Positions 11,628-22,535 of a DNA stretch of 64,000 nt are shown one piece after another (within the stretch, counting starts at the first letter, position 1; each line of letters starts with the position of its first letter). Position numbers and translations under genes: made by a program. The stretch covers positions 512,001 through 576,000 of the forward strand of contig CAVZJB010000003.1 of assembly GCA_963775425.1 (NCBI GenBank). Reading direction: 5' to 3'. The notes beneath the pieces are model-generated. The model had not been told where the DNA came from. It did not search any database and saw only the letters and a program-made list of their open reading frames with translations. This DNA is from an uncultured delta proteobacterium (GTDB lineage Bacteria; Myxococcota; UBA727; VGSZ01).

Positions 11628-11656
11628 GCCCTCTCCCGCCGGCCGGTCATCGCCGA

Positions 11657-12646
11657 TCACGGCGGGAGGATCCGCGCGGCGGGGCCGGGCGCGCACACGT
11701 CGACGCCGACCACGCCGTCGACGGCGCGCAGGCGCTCTGCGACGGCGGTCGCGTCCCCGACGGCGCACAGCGCCTTCACGTGCGGCCCGGCGTCCATGGT
11801 GGCCCAGGCGCCCGTGCCCGCGCGCCGCAGCGCGCGCACCTCGTCGAGCACGGCGAGCGACGTGCCGTTCAGGTAGAGGATCCACGGATCGGCCGCGAGC
11901 GCGCTCGCGTGCATCTTCATGGTGTTCCGCTCCATTGCGGCGCCCAGCCGCTCGAGGTCGGCGGCGCCGACGGCGGCGCGCCCCTCCTCGAGGTCGGCCG
12001 GGTGGGTCGCGACCCACGCGGCGTAGTACGGCGACGTGGCCGCCGTGGTCTCCATGCCCTTGGTGCTCTCGGTGTGCTTGCGGCCGACGGCGCAGCGCAC
12101 GACGACGAGGCGCACGCCGTCCTCGAGCGGCGAGGGCAGGGGCTCAGCGAAGCAGTCGGCGCCGTCGTCGCGCTCGCCCTTGTGCAGGAGCGCGAAGCCG
12201 CCGAGCACGCTGCGCGCCGCCGAGCCGGAGCCGCGCCGGGCGAGCTGCGTGAGGGCGCGGGCGTCGAGCGGGGCGCCGGCGGCGTCGAAGGAGGCGACGC
12301 CGTAGGCTTCGGCGGCGGCCAACGTCAGCGCCGCGAAGCCGCTCGCCGACGACGCGAGGCCGGCGGCGGTGGGGACGTCGTTTCTCGAGGTCACGAGGGC
12401 GCGGGCCCGGGCGCGGCCGGCGACGACGTCGAGGAAGCGCGCGACCTTGGAGGTCTCCTGTTCCGAGGCGTCCTTCCCGTCGAGCACGAAGCGGTCGGCG
12501 GCGACGCCGACCTCGACGCGGGTCTCGCTCTTGAAACGATCGAGGGTGAGCGAGAGCGAGCCCACGGCGGGGAGGTTGAGCGCGGCGTCGCGCTTGCCCC
12601 AGTATTTGACCAGGGCGATGTTGGTGTGCGCGACCGCGGTGCTCAT
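11657..12646 (-). CDS. mvaD: Diphosphomevalonate decarboxylase
   Basis: AHTNIALVKYWGK, PTAAGLASSASG, ARRGSGSAARS, TMDAGPHVK. Confidence 0.95.
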   Translation of the reverse strand: MSTAVAHTNIALVKYWGKRDAALNLPAVGSLSLTLDRFKSETRVEVGVAADRFVLDGKDASEQETSKVARFLDVVAGRARARALVTSRNDVPTAAGLASSASGFAALTLAAAEAYGVASFDAAGAPLDARALTQLARRGSGSAARSVLGGFALLHKGERDDGADCFAEPLPSPLEDGVRLVVVRCAVGRKHTESTKGMETTAATSPYYAAWVATHPADLEEGRAAVGAADLERLGAAMERNTMKMHASALAADPWILYLNGTSLAVLDEVRALRRAGTGAWATMDAGPHVKALCAVGDATAVAERLRAVDGVVGVDVCAPGPAARILPP

Positions 12647-12742
12647 CGCCGCAGTCCGTAGCATCGTCACGCCCGGTCCGAAGGGGGGCGCTGCACCGGC
12701 AACGCGTTGCGCCAAGCGCGGCGAACGCGTAACCATGTGAGG

Positions 12743-13288
12743 ATGCCCGTTCGCCCGGCTCCGGCCGACGACAAGGCGCTCGAGCGCGCCACCGACATCT
12801 CCATCGAGACCATGGGGCGCATGGCGGAATTCTGGGGGTTCACCCGCACGCAGGGCCGCGTCTTCTGCATGCTGTTCCTCTCCCCCAAGGCCCTCACGCA
12901 GGCGGAGCTGGCCCAGACCCTCGACGTCAGCGCCGCCAACGTCTCCATGAGCCTGAACGGCCTTTTGCGCTGGGGCGCCATCCGCAAGGTCTACGAGAAG
13001 GGCTCGCGCAAGGTCCGTTACGAGGCCGAGCCCGAGCTGCGGAAGATCATCCGCAGCGTCCTCGGCGGCCGCGAGCAGCAAGAGCTCGACGAGGCCGTGG
13101 AGAGCTTCAGTGAGGCGGTCGACGTCGTGCGCCGGGAGCGCTCGCGCCGCCAGCTCACACCCGAGGAGGAATTCGTGCGCGAGCGCATCCAGCACCTGCA
13201 GAGCGTGGTGCGCACGTCGAACCGGATCCTCGCGCTGCTGCTCGGTGACGGGCGCGTCGACGTGAAGCGCGAGCTGGGCGAGCGGTGA
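12743..13288 (+). CDS. GbsR/MarR family transcriptional regulator
   Basis: MGRMAEFWGFTRTQGRVFCMLFLSPKALTQAELAQTLDVSAANVSMSL...WGAI matches the GbsR subfamily N-terminus. Confidence 0.85.
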   Translation: MPVRPAPADDKALERATDISIETMGRMAEFWGFTRTQGRVFCMLFLSPKALTQAELAQTLDVSAANVSMSLNGLLRWGAIRKVYEKGSRKVRYEAEPELRKIIRSVLGGREQQELDEAVESFSEAVDVVRRERSRRQLTPEEEFVRERIQHLQSVVRTSNRILALLLGDGRVDVKRELGER

Positions 13289-13462
13289 GCTGAAACGACG
13301 CCGTCGCCTGCGGGGCGGCCTTTGAAAGTCGCCGGCTCCGCTCATGGGCGGATATCTGCGCCGAACGTGCGCGTGTCACCCACAGCGGCGGCGGGCGCAT
13401 CCTGGCGCGGGGAGGCGCGGATCCGGGAGGCGGCCGGCGGGAACGCGGGGTATGGTTTCAGA

Positions 13463-13484
13463 GTTTTCAGTAAGTACTGAAAAC
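13463..13484. promoter_or_regulatory. AT-rich 10-2-10 perfect inverted repeat, probable operator of the adjacent GbsR/MarR regulator
   Basis: GTTTTCAGTA-AG-TACTGAAAAC, 18 bp before the HMG-CoA reductase ATG; extra TTTCAG half-site at 13456. Confidence 0.75.
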
Positions 13485-13502
13485 GGTAAAGCACGACACC
13501 CT

Positions 13503-14774
13503 ATGGCCGCCAGCCCTCTCGCCGCCGCCGCCGCTCCCACGGGAACCCCCCCCGGCGGACACAACGCGGCGTCGCGGCTGCCGGGCTTCTACAAGCTCTC
13601 GCTCGCCGACCGCCGCGCGGTGCTCGTGCAGCGCTTCGCCTTCGACGACGACGACCTCGCGGCGCTCGACGCGGCCGGCGGCCTGCAGACCGACGGTGCG
13701 GACCGCATGGTGGAAAACGCCGTCGGCGTCTTCGGGCTGCCGCTCGGGCTCGCGCTCAACTTCGTCATCGACGGCGAGGCCGTGATCGTCCCCATGGCCG
13801 TCGAGGAGCCGAGCGTCGTCGCCGCGTGCAGCTACGTCGCGCGCCTCGCCGGCGACGGCGGCGGCTTCACCACCTCCGCGGATCCCCCGTGGCTCGTCGG
13901 CCAGGTGCAGATCCTCGACGCCGACGTGCGCGGCGCCCTCGGCCGCCTGCGGGATCGCCAGGCCGAGCTCATCGACCTCGCCAACGCCCTGTGCCCCGGC
14001 CTCGTCTCCCGCGGCGGCGGCTGTGTCGACGTCCGCGCGCACGTGCTGCCGCAGCTCGAGCACGGGCCCCACGCCGACCTCGACGGCGGCGGCGACATGC
14101 TCGCCGTCCACGTCGTGCTCCACACGTGCGACGCCATGGGCGCCAACGCCGTCAACACCGTCGTCGAAGGGCTGGCGCCGCGGCTCGAGGAGGTCACCGG
14201 CGGCCGCGCGCGGCTGCGCATCCTCACCAACCTCGCCGACGAGCGCAAAGCCCGCGCGAGCATGCGCATCCCCTACGCGTCGCTCGCGCACGGATCGCAG
14301 GGGGGCCGTGACGTCGCCATGGGGGTCGTCGAGGCCTATCGCTTCGCCGCCCGCGACCCTTACCGCGCCTGCACACACAACAAGGGCATCATGAACGGCA
14401 TCGACGCCGTCGCCGTCGCCACCGGCAACGACTGGCGCGCGCTCGAGGCGGGGGCGCACGCGTACGCCGCGCGCAGCGGCCGCTACACGTCGCTGTCGCG
14501 CTTCTCCCTCGACGACGGCGGCGCGTGCCTCGTCGGCCAGCTCGAATTGCCCATGGCGGTCGGCGTCGTCGGGGGCTCCACGCGCGCGCACCCCACGGTG
14601 GTGGCGTGCAAGAAGCTGCTCGGGCCGTTTTCGTCGTCGGTGGACCGGCTCGCGGGCCTGTTCGCCGCCGTCGGCCTGGCGCAGAACACCGCCGCGCTCA
14701 AGGCGCTCGCCACCGAGGGCATCCAGCGTGGGCACATGCGGCTGCACGCGCGCAAGGGCGAGGTGTCGTCGTGA
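13503..14774 (+). CDS. mvaA: Class II HMG-CoA reductase
   Basis: SRLPGFYKLS, ENAVG, PMAVEEPSVVAA, DAMGANAVNT, THNKGIMNG, GIQRGHMRLH. Confidence 0.95.
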   Translation: MAASPLAAAAAPTGTPPGGHNAASRLPGFYKLSLADRRAVLVQRFAFDDDDLAALDAAGGLQTDGADRMVENAVGVFGLPLGLALNFVIDGEAVIVPMAVEEPSVVAACSYVARLAGDGGGFTTSADPPWLVGQVQILDADVRGALGRLRDRQAELIDLANALCPGLVSRGGGCVDVRAHVLPQLEHGPHADLDGGGDMLAVHVVLHTCDAMGANAVNTVVEGLAPRLEEVTGGRARLRILTNLADERKARASMRIPYASLAHGSQGGRDVAMGVVEAYRFAARDPYRACTHNKGIMNGIDAVAVATGNDWRALEAGAHAYAARSGRYTSLSRFSLDDGGACLVGQLELPMAVGVVGGSTRAHPTVVACKKLLGPFSSSVDRLAGLFAAVGLAQNTAALKALATEGIQRGHMRLHARKGEVSS

Positions 14775-15769
14775 GCGTCGACGCCGTCTTCGGGTACGCG
14801 CCCGGGAAGCTGATCCTCTTCGGCGAGCACGCGGTGGTGTACGGCCAGCCCGCCATCGCCGCCACCATCGACCGCGGCATCCGCGTCGCCGTGACGGCGT
14901 CGACGGAGCGAGGGCCGATCTTGAAGAGCCACGGCAGCGGCCTCCTCCCCGGCCGCGCGCGCCCCGATCCCGACGGCGAGGGGCCCGAACGGCTGCGGCA
15001 GGCGCTGTCGGCGCTCGTGGACCTGTGCGGCGAGCGCACGCGCTCGTTGCTGTTCTCCGTCGACGGCGCCATCCCCGCCGGCGCGGGCCTCGGGTCGTCG
15101 GCGGCGCTCGCCGTCGCGATGATTCGCGGGGTGCATCGCTTCTTCGACGACCCGCCGCTGTCGAACGAGGCGCTGGTCGAGCGCGCGTTCGCGCTCGAGC
15201 GGGTCTTCCATGGAAACCCGTCCGGCGTGGACCACACCGTCATCGCCCGTGGCGGCTGCCTGCTGTACACGCGCGACGCCGGCGGCACCGACGACGCCGC
15301 GGGCGCCGGCGCCACGGCCGAACCCGTGAAGCTCCCGCGCCGCCTGCGCCTCGCCGTGGGCGTCGCCGGCTCGCACGCGGGCACCGCCCACGCCGTCTCG
15401 TCCTTGAAGGAGCGCGCCCGGCGTCACCCGGCGCACTACCAGCGGATCTACGAGAGCATCGGCATGCTCGCGCGAGCGGCGCGCGACCACCTCGAGGCGG
15501 GTGAGCTCGGCGCCGTGGGAGAGCTGATGGACCTGAACCAGGGCTTGTTGAACGCGCTCGGCGTGTCGACGCCCGGCATCGAGGCCCTCTGCGCCATCGC
15601 CCGCGAGCGCGGCGCCCTCGGCGCCAAGCTCTCCGGCGCGGGGGGCGGCGGCGCCGTCATTGCGCTCGTCGACGACGACCCCGCGCCCATCGTCCGCGCC
15701 TTCGAGGCCGCCGGCTACCAGGCCTTCGCCACCGAGATCGATCACAGCACGTCCGAGGAGAACCGATGA
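14771..15769 (+). CDS. mvk: Mevalonate kinase
   Basis: APGKLILFGEHAVVYG, PAGAGLGSSAA, HGNPSGVD, KLSGAGGGG; GTGA overlap with mvaA. Confidence 0.93.
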   Translation: MSVDAVFGYAPGKLILFGEHAVVYGQPAIAATIDRGIRVAVTASTERGPILKSHGSGLLPGRARPDPDGEGPERLRQALSALVDLCGERTRSLLFSVDGAIPAGAGLGSSAALAVAMIRGVHRFFDDPPLSNEALVERAFALERVFHGNPSGVDHTVIARGGCLLYTRDAGGTDDAAGAGATAEPVKLPRRLRLAVGVAGSHAGTAHAVSSLKERARRHPAHYQRIYESIGMLARAARDHLEAGELGAVGELMDLNQGLLNALGVSTPGIEALCAIARERGALGAKLSGAGGGGAVIALVDDDPAPIVRAFEAAGYQAFATEIDHSTSEENR

Positions 15770-16194
15770 GCTCCGTCGCATCCATCACCGAAGCCCGCGC
15801 CCTGGCGCTCCTCGGCGACAAGCCCTGCATGACACTCGTGGATCCGAACGACCCCGACGTCTGCCTCTCCGTCCGCCTCGTGCGCGAGGGCTCCGTGTGG
15901 CTCGGCCTCGTGGATGACCGCGCGGCGCTGCTCGACCGCGTTCGCATGGGCCTCGAGCCGCGCTTCGTCGTGCACCCCGACGCGTCGACGTCGACGGTCA
16001 GCGGGGAGCTGGCGGTGCACGTGCTCGGCCGCGCCGACGCCTTCAGCGCCGCGCAGCCCGCGCGGGCCACCGCGGTCGCCGGCCTCGAGCCCTTCGGCTT
16101 CGGCGGCGCCGTCGTCATCGAGGTGGCGCCGCGCGCGCTCGTGCTCGAGCCGGTCGAGGCCTCATCGGTCACGGGCGCCGTGCCCCGCACGTGA
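15766..16194 (+). CDS. Hypothetical protein (possibly degenerate split-barrel fold)
   Basis: ATGA overlap with mvk, GAGGAG SD, GC-rich third positions. Confidence 0.55.
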   Translation: MSSVASITEARALALLGDKPCMTLVDPNDPDVCLSVRLVREGSVWLGLVDDRAALLDRVRMGLEPRFVVHPDASTSTVSGELAVHVLGRADAFSAAQPARATAVAGLEPFGFGGAVVIEVAPRALVLEPVEASSVTGAVPRT

Positions 16195-16266
16195 CTCCTC
16201 GGACGGCTTCGTCGCCGCCGGACGGCGCGCTTTCCCGCGGCTGGATCTGTGGCACACTCCGCCCCG

Positions 16267-16671
16267 ATGACGCCGCGCGCGCTCCTGCTCTGCCTCGGCA
16301 CCGCCTTCGTGGCGCTCGGCGCCAACTGCGACGGCGTCAGCACGTGTGAGTGCTTCCCGTGCACGTCGGCCATCGATCTGCAGGTGTTCGACTCGCAGGG
16401 CAACGCGCTCGGTGACGCCTGGACCGCCGAGGCCACCGTGGACGGCGTCGCCGTCGAGGACATCGTCAACTGCGATCCCTCCGCGCGCTTCGGCAACGAC
16501 TGCAGCTTCGGGCAGGTCACCGGCCTGTACCGCATCACCGTCCGCTCGCCGGGCTTCCAGACCAAGCAGATCGCCGCGCGGTTCGCGGCCAAGACCGGCG
16601 AGGACTGCTGCCGCTGCCTGCAGGCCACCACGGTGCACGCGGTCCTGCTCGAGGAAGGGCAGGGCCAATGA
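16267..16671 (+). CDS. Cys-containing putative lipoprotein
   Basis: Signal peptide with LGANC lipobox; GLYRITVRSPGF resembles carboxypeptidase-regulatory-like beta sandwich. Confidence 0.6.
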   Translation: MTPRALLLCLGTAFVALGANCDGVSTCECFPCTSAIDLQVFDSQGNALGDAWTAEATVDGVAVEDIVNCDPSARFGNDCSFGQVTGLYRITVRSPGFQTKQIAARFAAKTGEDCCRCLQATTVHAVLLEEGQGQ

Positions 16672-17174
16672 GCGGCCTTGTGTGTCCGAGCTGCGGAAGC
16701 AGCTACCGCGCCGGCTTCACCCGCTGCGCCCACTGCGACGTCGACCTCGTCGACAAAGCGCAGATCGAGGACGTGAAGGCGAAGATCGACTCCCCGCGCC
16801 TCGCGCTCGCCGACGTGCCCAAGGTGCCGGTGTTGCACGCGGGCATCGCCGCGTGCCGCGAGATCGAGCGGGCGCTCCTGGACGCGGGGATCCCCTGCTA
16901 CGTCGAGGCCGAGTCCGAGGACGCCGACGTGCTCGGGGCCGCCGGCGCCATGAAGGTGGGCGTGATCGTCGCGGAGGCCGACCTGCCGCGCGTGGGCGAG
17001 CTGTTGAAGCAGCGCTTCGAGGAGCTCGTCGAGCAGGAGGGCGTGGGCTCGTTCAACACCGAGGCCATCGACCTGACCGCCGAAGAGGTGCAGTGCCCGG
17101 CCTGCGGCCACACCGGCGCCCTCGTCGACGGCGCCTGCGGCGACTGCGGACTTTTTCTGGGAGCACCCGAGTGA
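16668..17174 (+). CDS. Double zinc-ribbon protein with DUF2007-like central domain
   Basis: CPSC...CAHC at the N-terminus, CPAC...CGDC at the C-terminus, LLDAGIP central motif. Confidence 0.75.
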   Translation: MSGLVCPSCGSSYRAGFTRCAHCDVDLVDKAQIEDVKAKIDSPRLALADVPKVPVLHAGIAACREIERALLDAGIPCYVEAESEDADVLGAAGAMKVGVIVAEADLPRVGELLKQRFEELVEQEGVGSFNTEAIDLTAEEVQCPACGHTGALVDGACGDCGLFLGAPE

Positions 17175-17386
17175 CGGACATCAAAGCGCACATCACCGGC
17201 ACCATCTGGAAGATCAAGGTGGAGGTCGGGCAGAGCATCGAAGAGGGAGACACGCTCGTCATCATCGAGTCCATGAAGATGGAGATGCCCATCGAGGCCG
17301 ACGACCCCGGCACCGTCAAAGAGGTGCTCGCCAAGGAGGGGCAGCCGGTGAACGAGGGCGACGTCCTTCTGATCGTCGATGATTGA
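17171..17386 (+). CDS. Stand-alone biotin carboxyl carrier protein
   Basis: AHITGTIWKI...IESMKMEMPI biotinylation motif; GTG start overlapping the previous stop. Confidence 0.92.
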   Translation: MTDIKAHITGTIWKIKVEVGQSIEEGDTLVIIESMKMEMPIEADDPGTVKEVLAKEGQPVNEGDVLLIVDD

Positions 17387-18125
17387 CGACGCCGACGGCG
17401 TCCGCGTCGTCACCCTGTCGAACCCGAAGAAGCGAAACGCCCTCACCCGCCCGCTCCTCGAGGAGCTCGCGCGGGCCGCGACCCCTCCGGTTCCGGCGGT
17501 GCGCGCGCTCGTCCTCCGCGGCGATCCCGCCGGCGGCGCGTTCTCGTCGGGCTTCGACATCACGAGCATCGACGACGCCGAGCGCGACCGCGGCCTCGAC
17601 CCCATCGACGCCCCCGCCCGCGCGCTCGAGGCGTGCCCCGTCCCCGTGATCGCCGCCGTCGCGGGCGCGTGCATGGGCGGCGCCCTGGAGATCGCGATGG
17701 CGTGCACCTTCAGGGTCGCCCAGCGCGACGCGCTGTTCGCGATGCCGCCCGCGCGGCTCGGCCTCGTCTACTCGCAAAGCGGCCTCGAGCGCTTCCTGCG
17801 GGCGCTGACGCCGAGCCGGGTGCAGCGCCTGTTCCTCGTGGGGGACCGCATCGACGCGGAGGCGGCCCTGCGCTTCGGCCTCGTGGACGCCGTCGTTGAC
17901 GACGCCCTGGTCGAGGCCTCGCGGCTTGCCCGCACCATCGCCGACAACGCTCCGCTGGCCGTGAGCGGCACCCTCGACGCCGTGCGCCGGCTCGCGCGCG
18001 GCGCCGGCGACGACGACCGCGCCGCCATCGACGCCGCCCGCGCCCGGGCCCTCGCGTCGGACGATCTGAAAGAAGGCGTGCGCGCGTTTGCGGAGAAACG
18101 CGCGCCCGCCTTCAAAGGCCGCTGA
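17379..18125 (+). CDS. Crotonase-superfamily enzyme (enoyl-CoA hydratase family; ScpB/methylmalonyl-CoA decarboxylase-like)
   Basis: KRNAL, FSSGFDI, GGALEIAMAC, FAMPPARLGLVY, EGVRAFAEKRAP. Confidence 0.88.
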   Translation: MIDDADGVRVVTLSNPKKRNALTRPLLEELARAATPPVPAVRALVLRGDPAGGAFSSGFDITSIDDAERDRGLDPIDAPARALEACPVPVIAAVAGACMGGALEIAMACTFRVAQRDALFAMPPARLGLVYSQSGLERFLRALTPSRVQRLFLVGDRIDAEAALRFGLVDAVVDDALVEASRLARTIADNAPLAVSGTLDAVRRLARGAGDDDRAAIDAARARALASDDLKEGVRAFAEKRAPAFKGR

Positions 18126-18134
18126 GCGGCAGGC

Positions 18135-19880
18135 TCAGGTGCCGGGCGTCGGGGTGCCGGCGCAGAACGAGTAGTCGTCGGTGGGGATCAGCTTGCAGAG
18201 CGAGCCGTCCACGCTGTTGCTGTCCGCCGCGAGCGTGGTCTGATCGATGGTGATGTCCGCGGTGCCGTCGTTGAACGACCCCGCCGTGTCTCCTTCGTAG
18301 ATCACGCCGTCGATGAGGGTGTGCGCGGCACTCACGAGCGCCACCGCGTCCGGCGAGCCGTTCTGGATGAGGTTGGTCCCGGTGAGGAGCACGTCCGCGC
18401 CCACGACGGCCCCGATGACATAGCGGCCGCCGGCGGCGATGGAGCCCGTGAGGGGGATGGTGTCGTAGGGAACGAGGGTGTTGTTGTTCCCGTTGACGAG
18501 GATGAGGTTCGCGCCGGTGAGGTCGAACGCGACGGTGCCCGGGTTGAGCAGCTCCACGAACTCGGCGGAGTCGCCCGAGCCGACGTTGTCGTAGTCGATC
18601 TCGCTGATCTGCGGCGACGCCGGGCCGACGGAGAAGGCGGCGCTGCCGCCGGTGATGGGGTTGCCGGTGTCGTCCTTCACGCTGGTGGCGGCGGTGACGG
18701 TGAAGTCGCCGTCAGCCAACACCGCCGTGGTGGTGAGCGTCACGACGGTTCCGTTGACGCTGGCGCTGGCCACGGCGCCGGAGGGGCTGAGCGTGAACTG
18801 CGTCCCCGCGTCCGTGATGCTCGCCGCGTCGATGGCCGCGCTGAACTCCAGGGCGACCTGCGTGTTGCCGATGGCGGCCGCGGCGTCGAGCGTGGTGGAG
18901 GGGCAGCCGTTGGAGGTGAAGTCGGCGTCGGCGAAGATGGACGGCTCCGCCTTGGTGTTGAAGCGCCACATGTTGCCCTTGATGGTGAAGGTGCAGCTGT
19001 CGTTCAGCAGGGCGCCGAGGGAGTCGCTGACGGTGGTGGGCATGCGCAGCACGAGCGAGCCGCCGTCGGCCGTGGGGACGCCGGTCGTGGTGATGGCGTA
19101 CGCGGTGTGGCCGGTCCCGGCGCCGAGCGGGCCACCCGAGATCGTGCCGGTGATGGCGATGGCCTCGGAATTGAGGGTGTCGAGCGCGGCCGCGACGTCA
19201 ACGTTTGTGACGTCCTGCCGCAGGGTCTCCACGTCGACGGTGCCGCCGGCGGTGATGGCGTCGAGCCCGGTGACCTGGACGACGCCGCCGCTGTCGGTGG
19301 TGCGCGCGGTGGCCGTGGCTGAGAGCTGCTCGCCGAGGGTGACGCCCGCGGAGACGGCGTCGACGGCGACGAAGACGGCCGGGCCCGTGGCGTCGTTTTC
19401 CTGGAGGAAGAAGCCCGCCGGGTCGGTGCCCACGGCGTCGATGATGTTGGTGACGACGACGTCGGTCAGGGTGACGTCCAGCGTGTCGCTGGTGGCGGCG
19501 TAGATGTCGGCGATGCCGGTGCCGGTGAAGACGTCGCCTTCGCCCTCGCCCTCGCCTTCACCCTCTCCCTCGCCCTCGCCCTCGCCTTCGCCCTCGCCTT
19601 CACCTTCGCCCTCGCCCTCGCCTTCACCTTCGCCTTCACCCTCGCCTTCTCCTTCGCCTTCGCCTTCGCCTTCACCCTCGCCTTCTCCTTCGCCTTCTCC
19701 TTCGCCTTCTCCTTCACCTTCCCCGGTGTCCGGGACGCAGGTGCCGTTGCTGCAGACGTCCCCCCGGTCGCACTCGTCGTCTGTGACGCACTCGTCCGTC
19801 GCCGGCGGCGGGCAGCCGCCCAGGGCGAGGATGCTGATGGGAAGGAGGGTCAGACCGAGGGTGATGGTAAGCGAGCGCAT
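18135..19880 (-). CDS. Lipoprotein with (GE)31 linker, OB/Ig-like domains and C-terminal lamin-tail domain
   Basis: Lipobox LGGC; CVTDDECDRGDVCSNGTC; GFFLQE OB-like motif; QISEIDYDNVGSGDSAEFVELLN lamin-tail-domain motif. Confidence 0.8.
   Translation of the reverse strand: MRSLTITLGLTLLPISILALGGCPPPATDECVTDDECDRGDVCSNGTCVPDTGEGEGEGEGEGEGEGEGEGEGEGEGEGEGEGEGEGEGEGEGEGEGEGEGEGEGEGEGEGEGEGDVFTGTGIADIYAATSDTLDVTLTDVVVTNIIDAVGTDPAGFFLQENDATGPAVFVAVDAVSAGVTLGEQLSATATARTTDSGGVVQVTGLDAITAGGTVDVETLRQDVTNVDVAAALDTLNSEAIAITGTISGGPLGAGTGHTAYAITTTGVPTADGGSLVLRMPTTVSDSLGALLNDSCTFTIKGNMWRFNTKAEPSIFADADFTSNGCPSTTLDAAAAIGNTQVALEFSAAIDAASITDAGTQFTLSPSGAVASASVNGTVVTLTTTAVLADGDFTVTAATSVKDDTGNPITGGSAAFSVGPASPQISEIDYDNVGSGDSAEFVELLNPGTVAFDLTGANLILVNGNNNTLVPYDTIPLTGSIAAGGRYVIGAVVGADVLLTGTNLIQNGSPDAVALVSAAHTLIDGVIYEGDTAGSFNDGTADITIDQTTLAADSNSVDGSLCKLIPTDDYSFCAGTPTPGT
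19536..19724 (-). repeat. Gly-Glu dipeptide repeat, (GE)31-G
   Basis: 63 codons of alternating GGN/GAR with synonymous variation. Confidence 0.95.
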
Positions 19881-19947
19881 GGATCTCCCCAGAAAGGTGG
19901 TGGCGAGCCGGGATAGCAGCCGTACCGTGGGGCGCAATGCACGTGCG

Positions 19948-19976
19948 TTGACAACGTGACGAGGGCCGCATACGTC
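19948..19976 (+). promoter_or_regulatory. Sigma70-type promoter of tRNA-Val
   Basis: TTGACA-17 bp-TACGTC, 11 bp before the tRNA. Confidence 0.75.
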
Positions 19977-19987
19977 ACCGGCGGCAC

Positions 19988-20062
<75 letters not shown>

Positions 20063-20067
20063 ACCGG

Positions 20068-20096
20068 AACCCCGAGGAAACTCGGGGTTTTCTTTT
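20068..20096 (+). terminator. Rho-independent terminator after tRNA-Val
   Basis: AACCCCGAG-GAAA-CTCGGGGTT hairpin followed by TTCTTTT. Confidence 0.85.
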
Positions 20097-20250
20097 GGCC
20101 GGTGTTCGTTGGGGTTGACCGTAGGGAGACGCTCTCCCGAGCGTGGCAGGGATCCAACGAGGGTGGACCGTTGTGATGCTTTGGCATTGCCGTGCGCCGT
20201 GTCCGATCACGGCGCGTCCCGGCAACGGAGGCCTCCGGCCCGCCGCTTCG

Positions 20251-20409
20251 TCAAGCGATGCGGCGGCCCAAAATGATCCGGACCAGCACCGCCACGATGG
20301 CGAGGGCCAGCAGGACATGGATGAGGCCACCCATCGTGTACGACGTCGCGATGCCGAACACCCACAGCCCCACGAAGACCAATGCAAGCAACCAGATGAG
20401 GTTCAACAC
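20251..20409 (-). CDS. Small lmo0937-family (DUF5670-like) membrane protein, 52 aa
   Basis: Manual translation MLNLIWLLALVFVGLWVFGIATSYTMGGLIHVLLALAIVAVLVRIILGRRIA; AAGGAG SD; below the ORF-track cutoff. Confidence 0.85.
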   Translation of the reverse strand: MLNLIWLLALVFVGLWVFGIATSYTMGGLIHVLLALAIVAVLVRIILGRRIA

Positions 20410-20439
20410 GTGGCAACTCCTTCCCAGCCGTTTGGCTGG

Positions 20440-22513
<2,074 letters not shown>

Positions 22514-22535
22514 GCCCGCGTCGCCGGCGAGCTCC

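Noticed and set aside
14525-14774. HMGR-MVK fusion by frameshift
   Set aside because: The GTGA overlap is ordinary translational coupling and MVK has a normal N-terminus.
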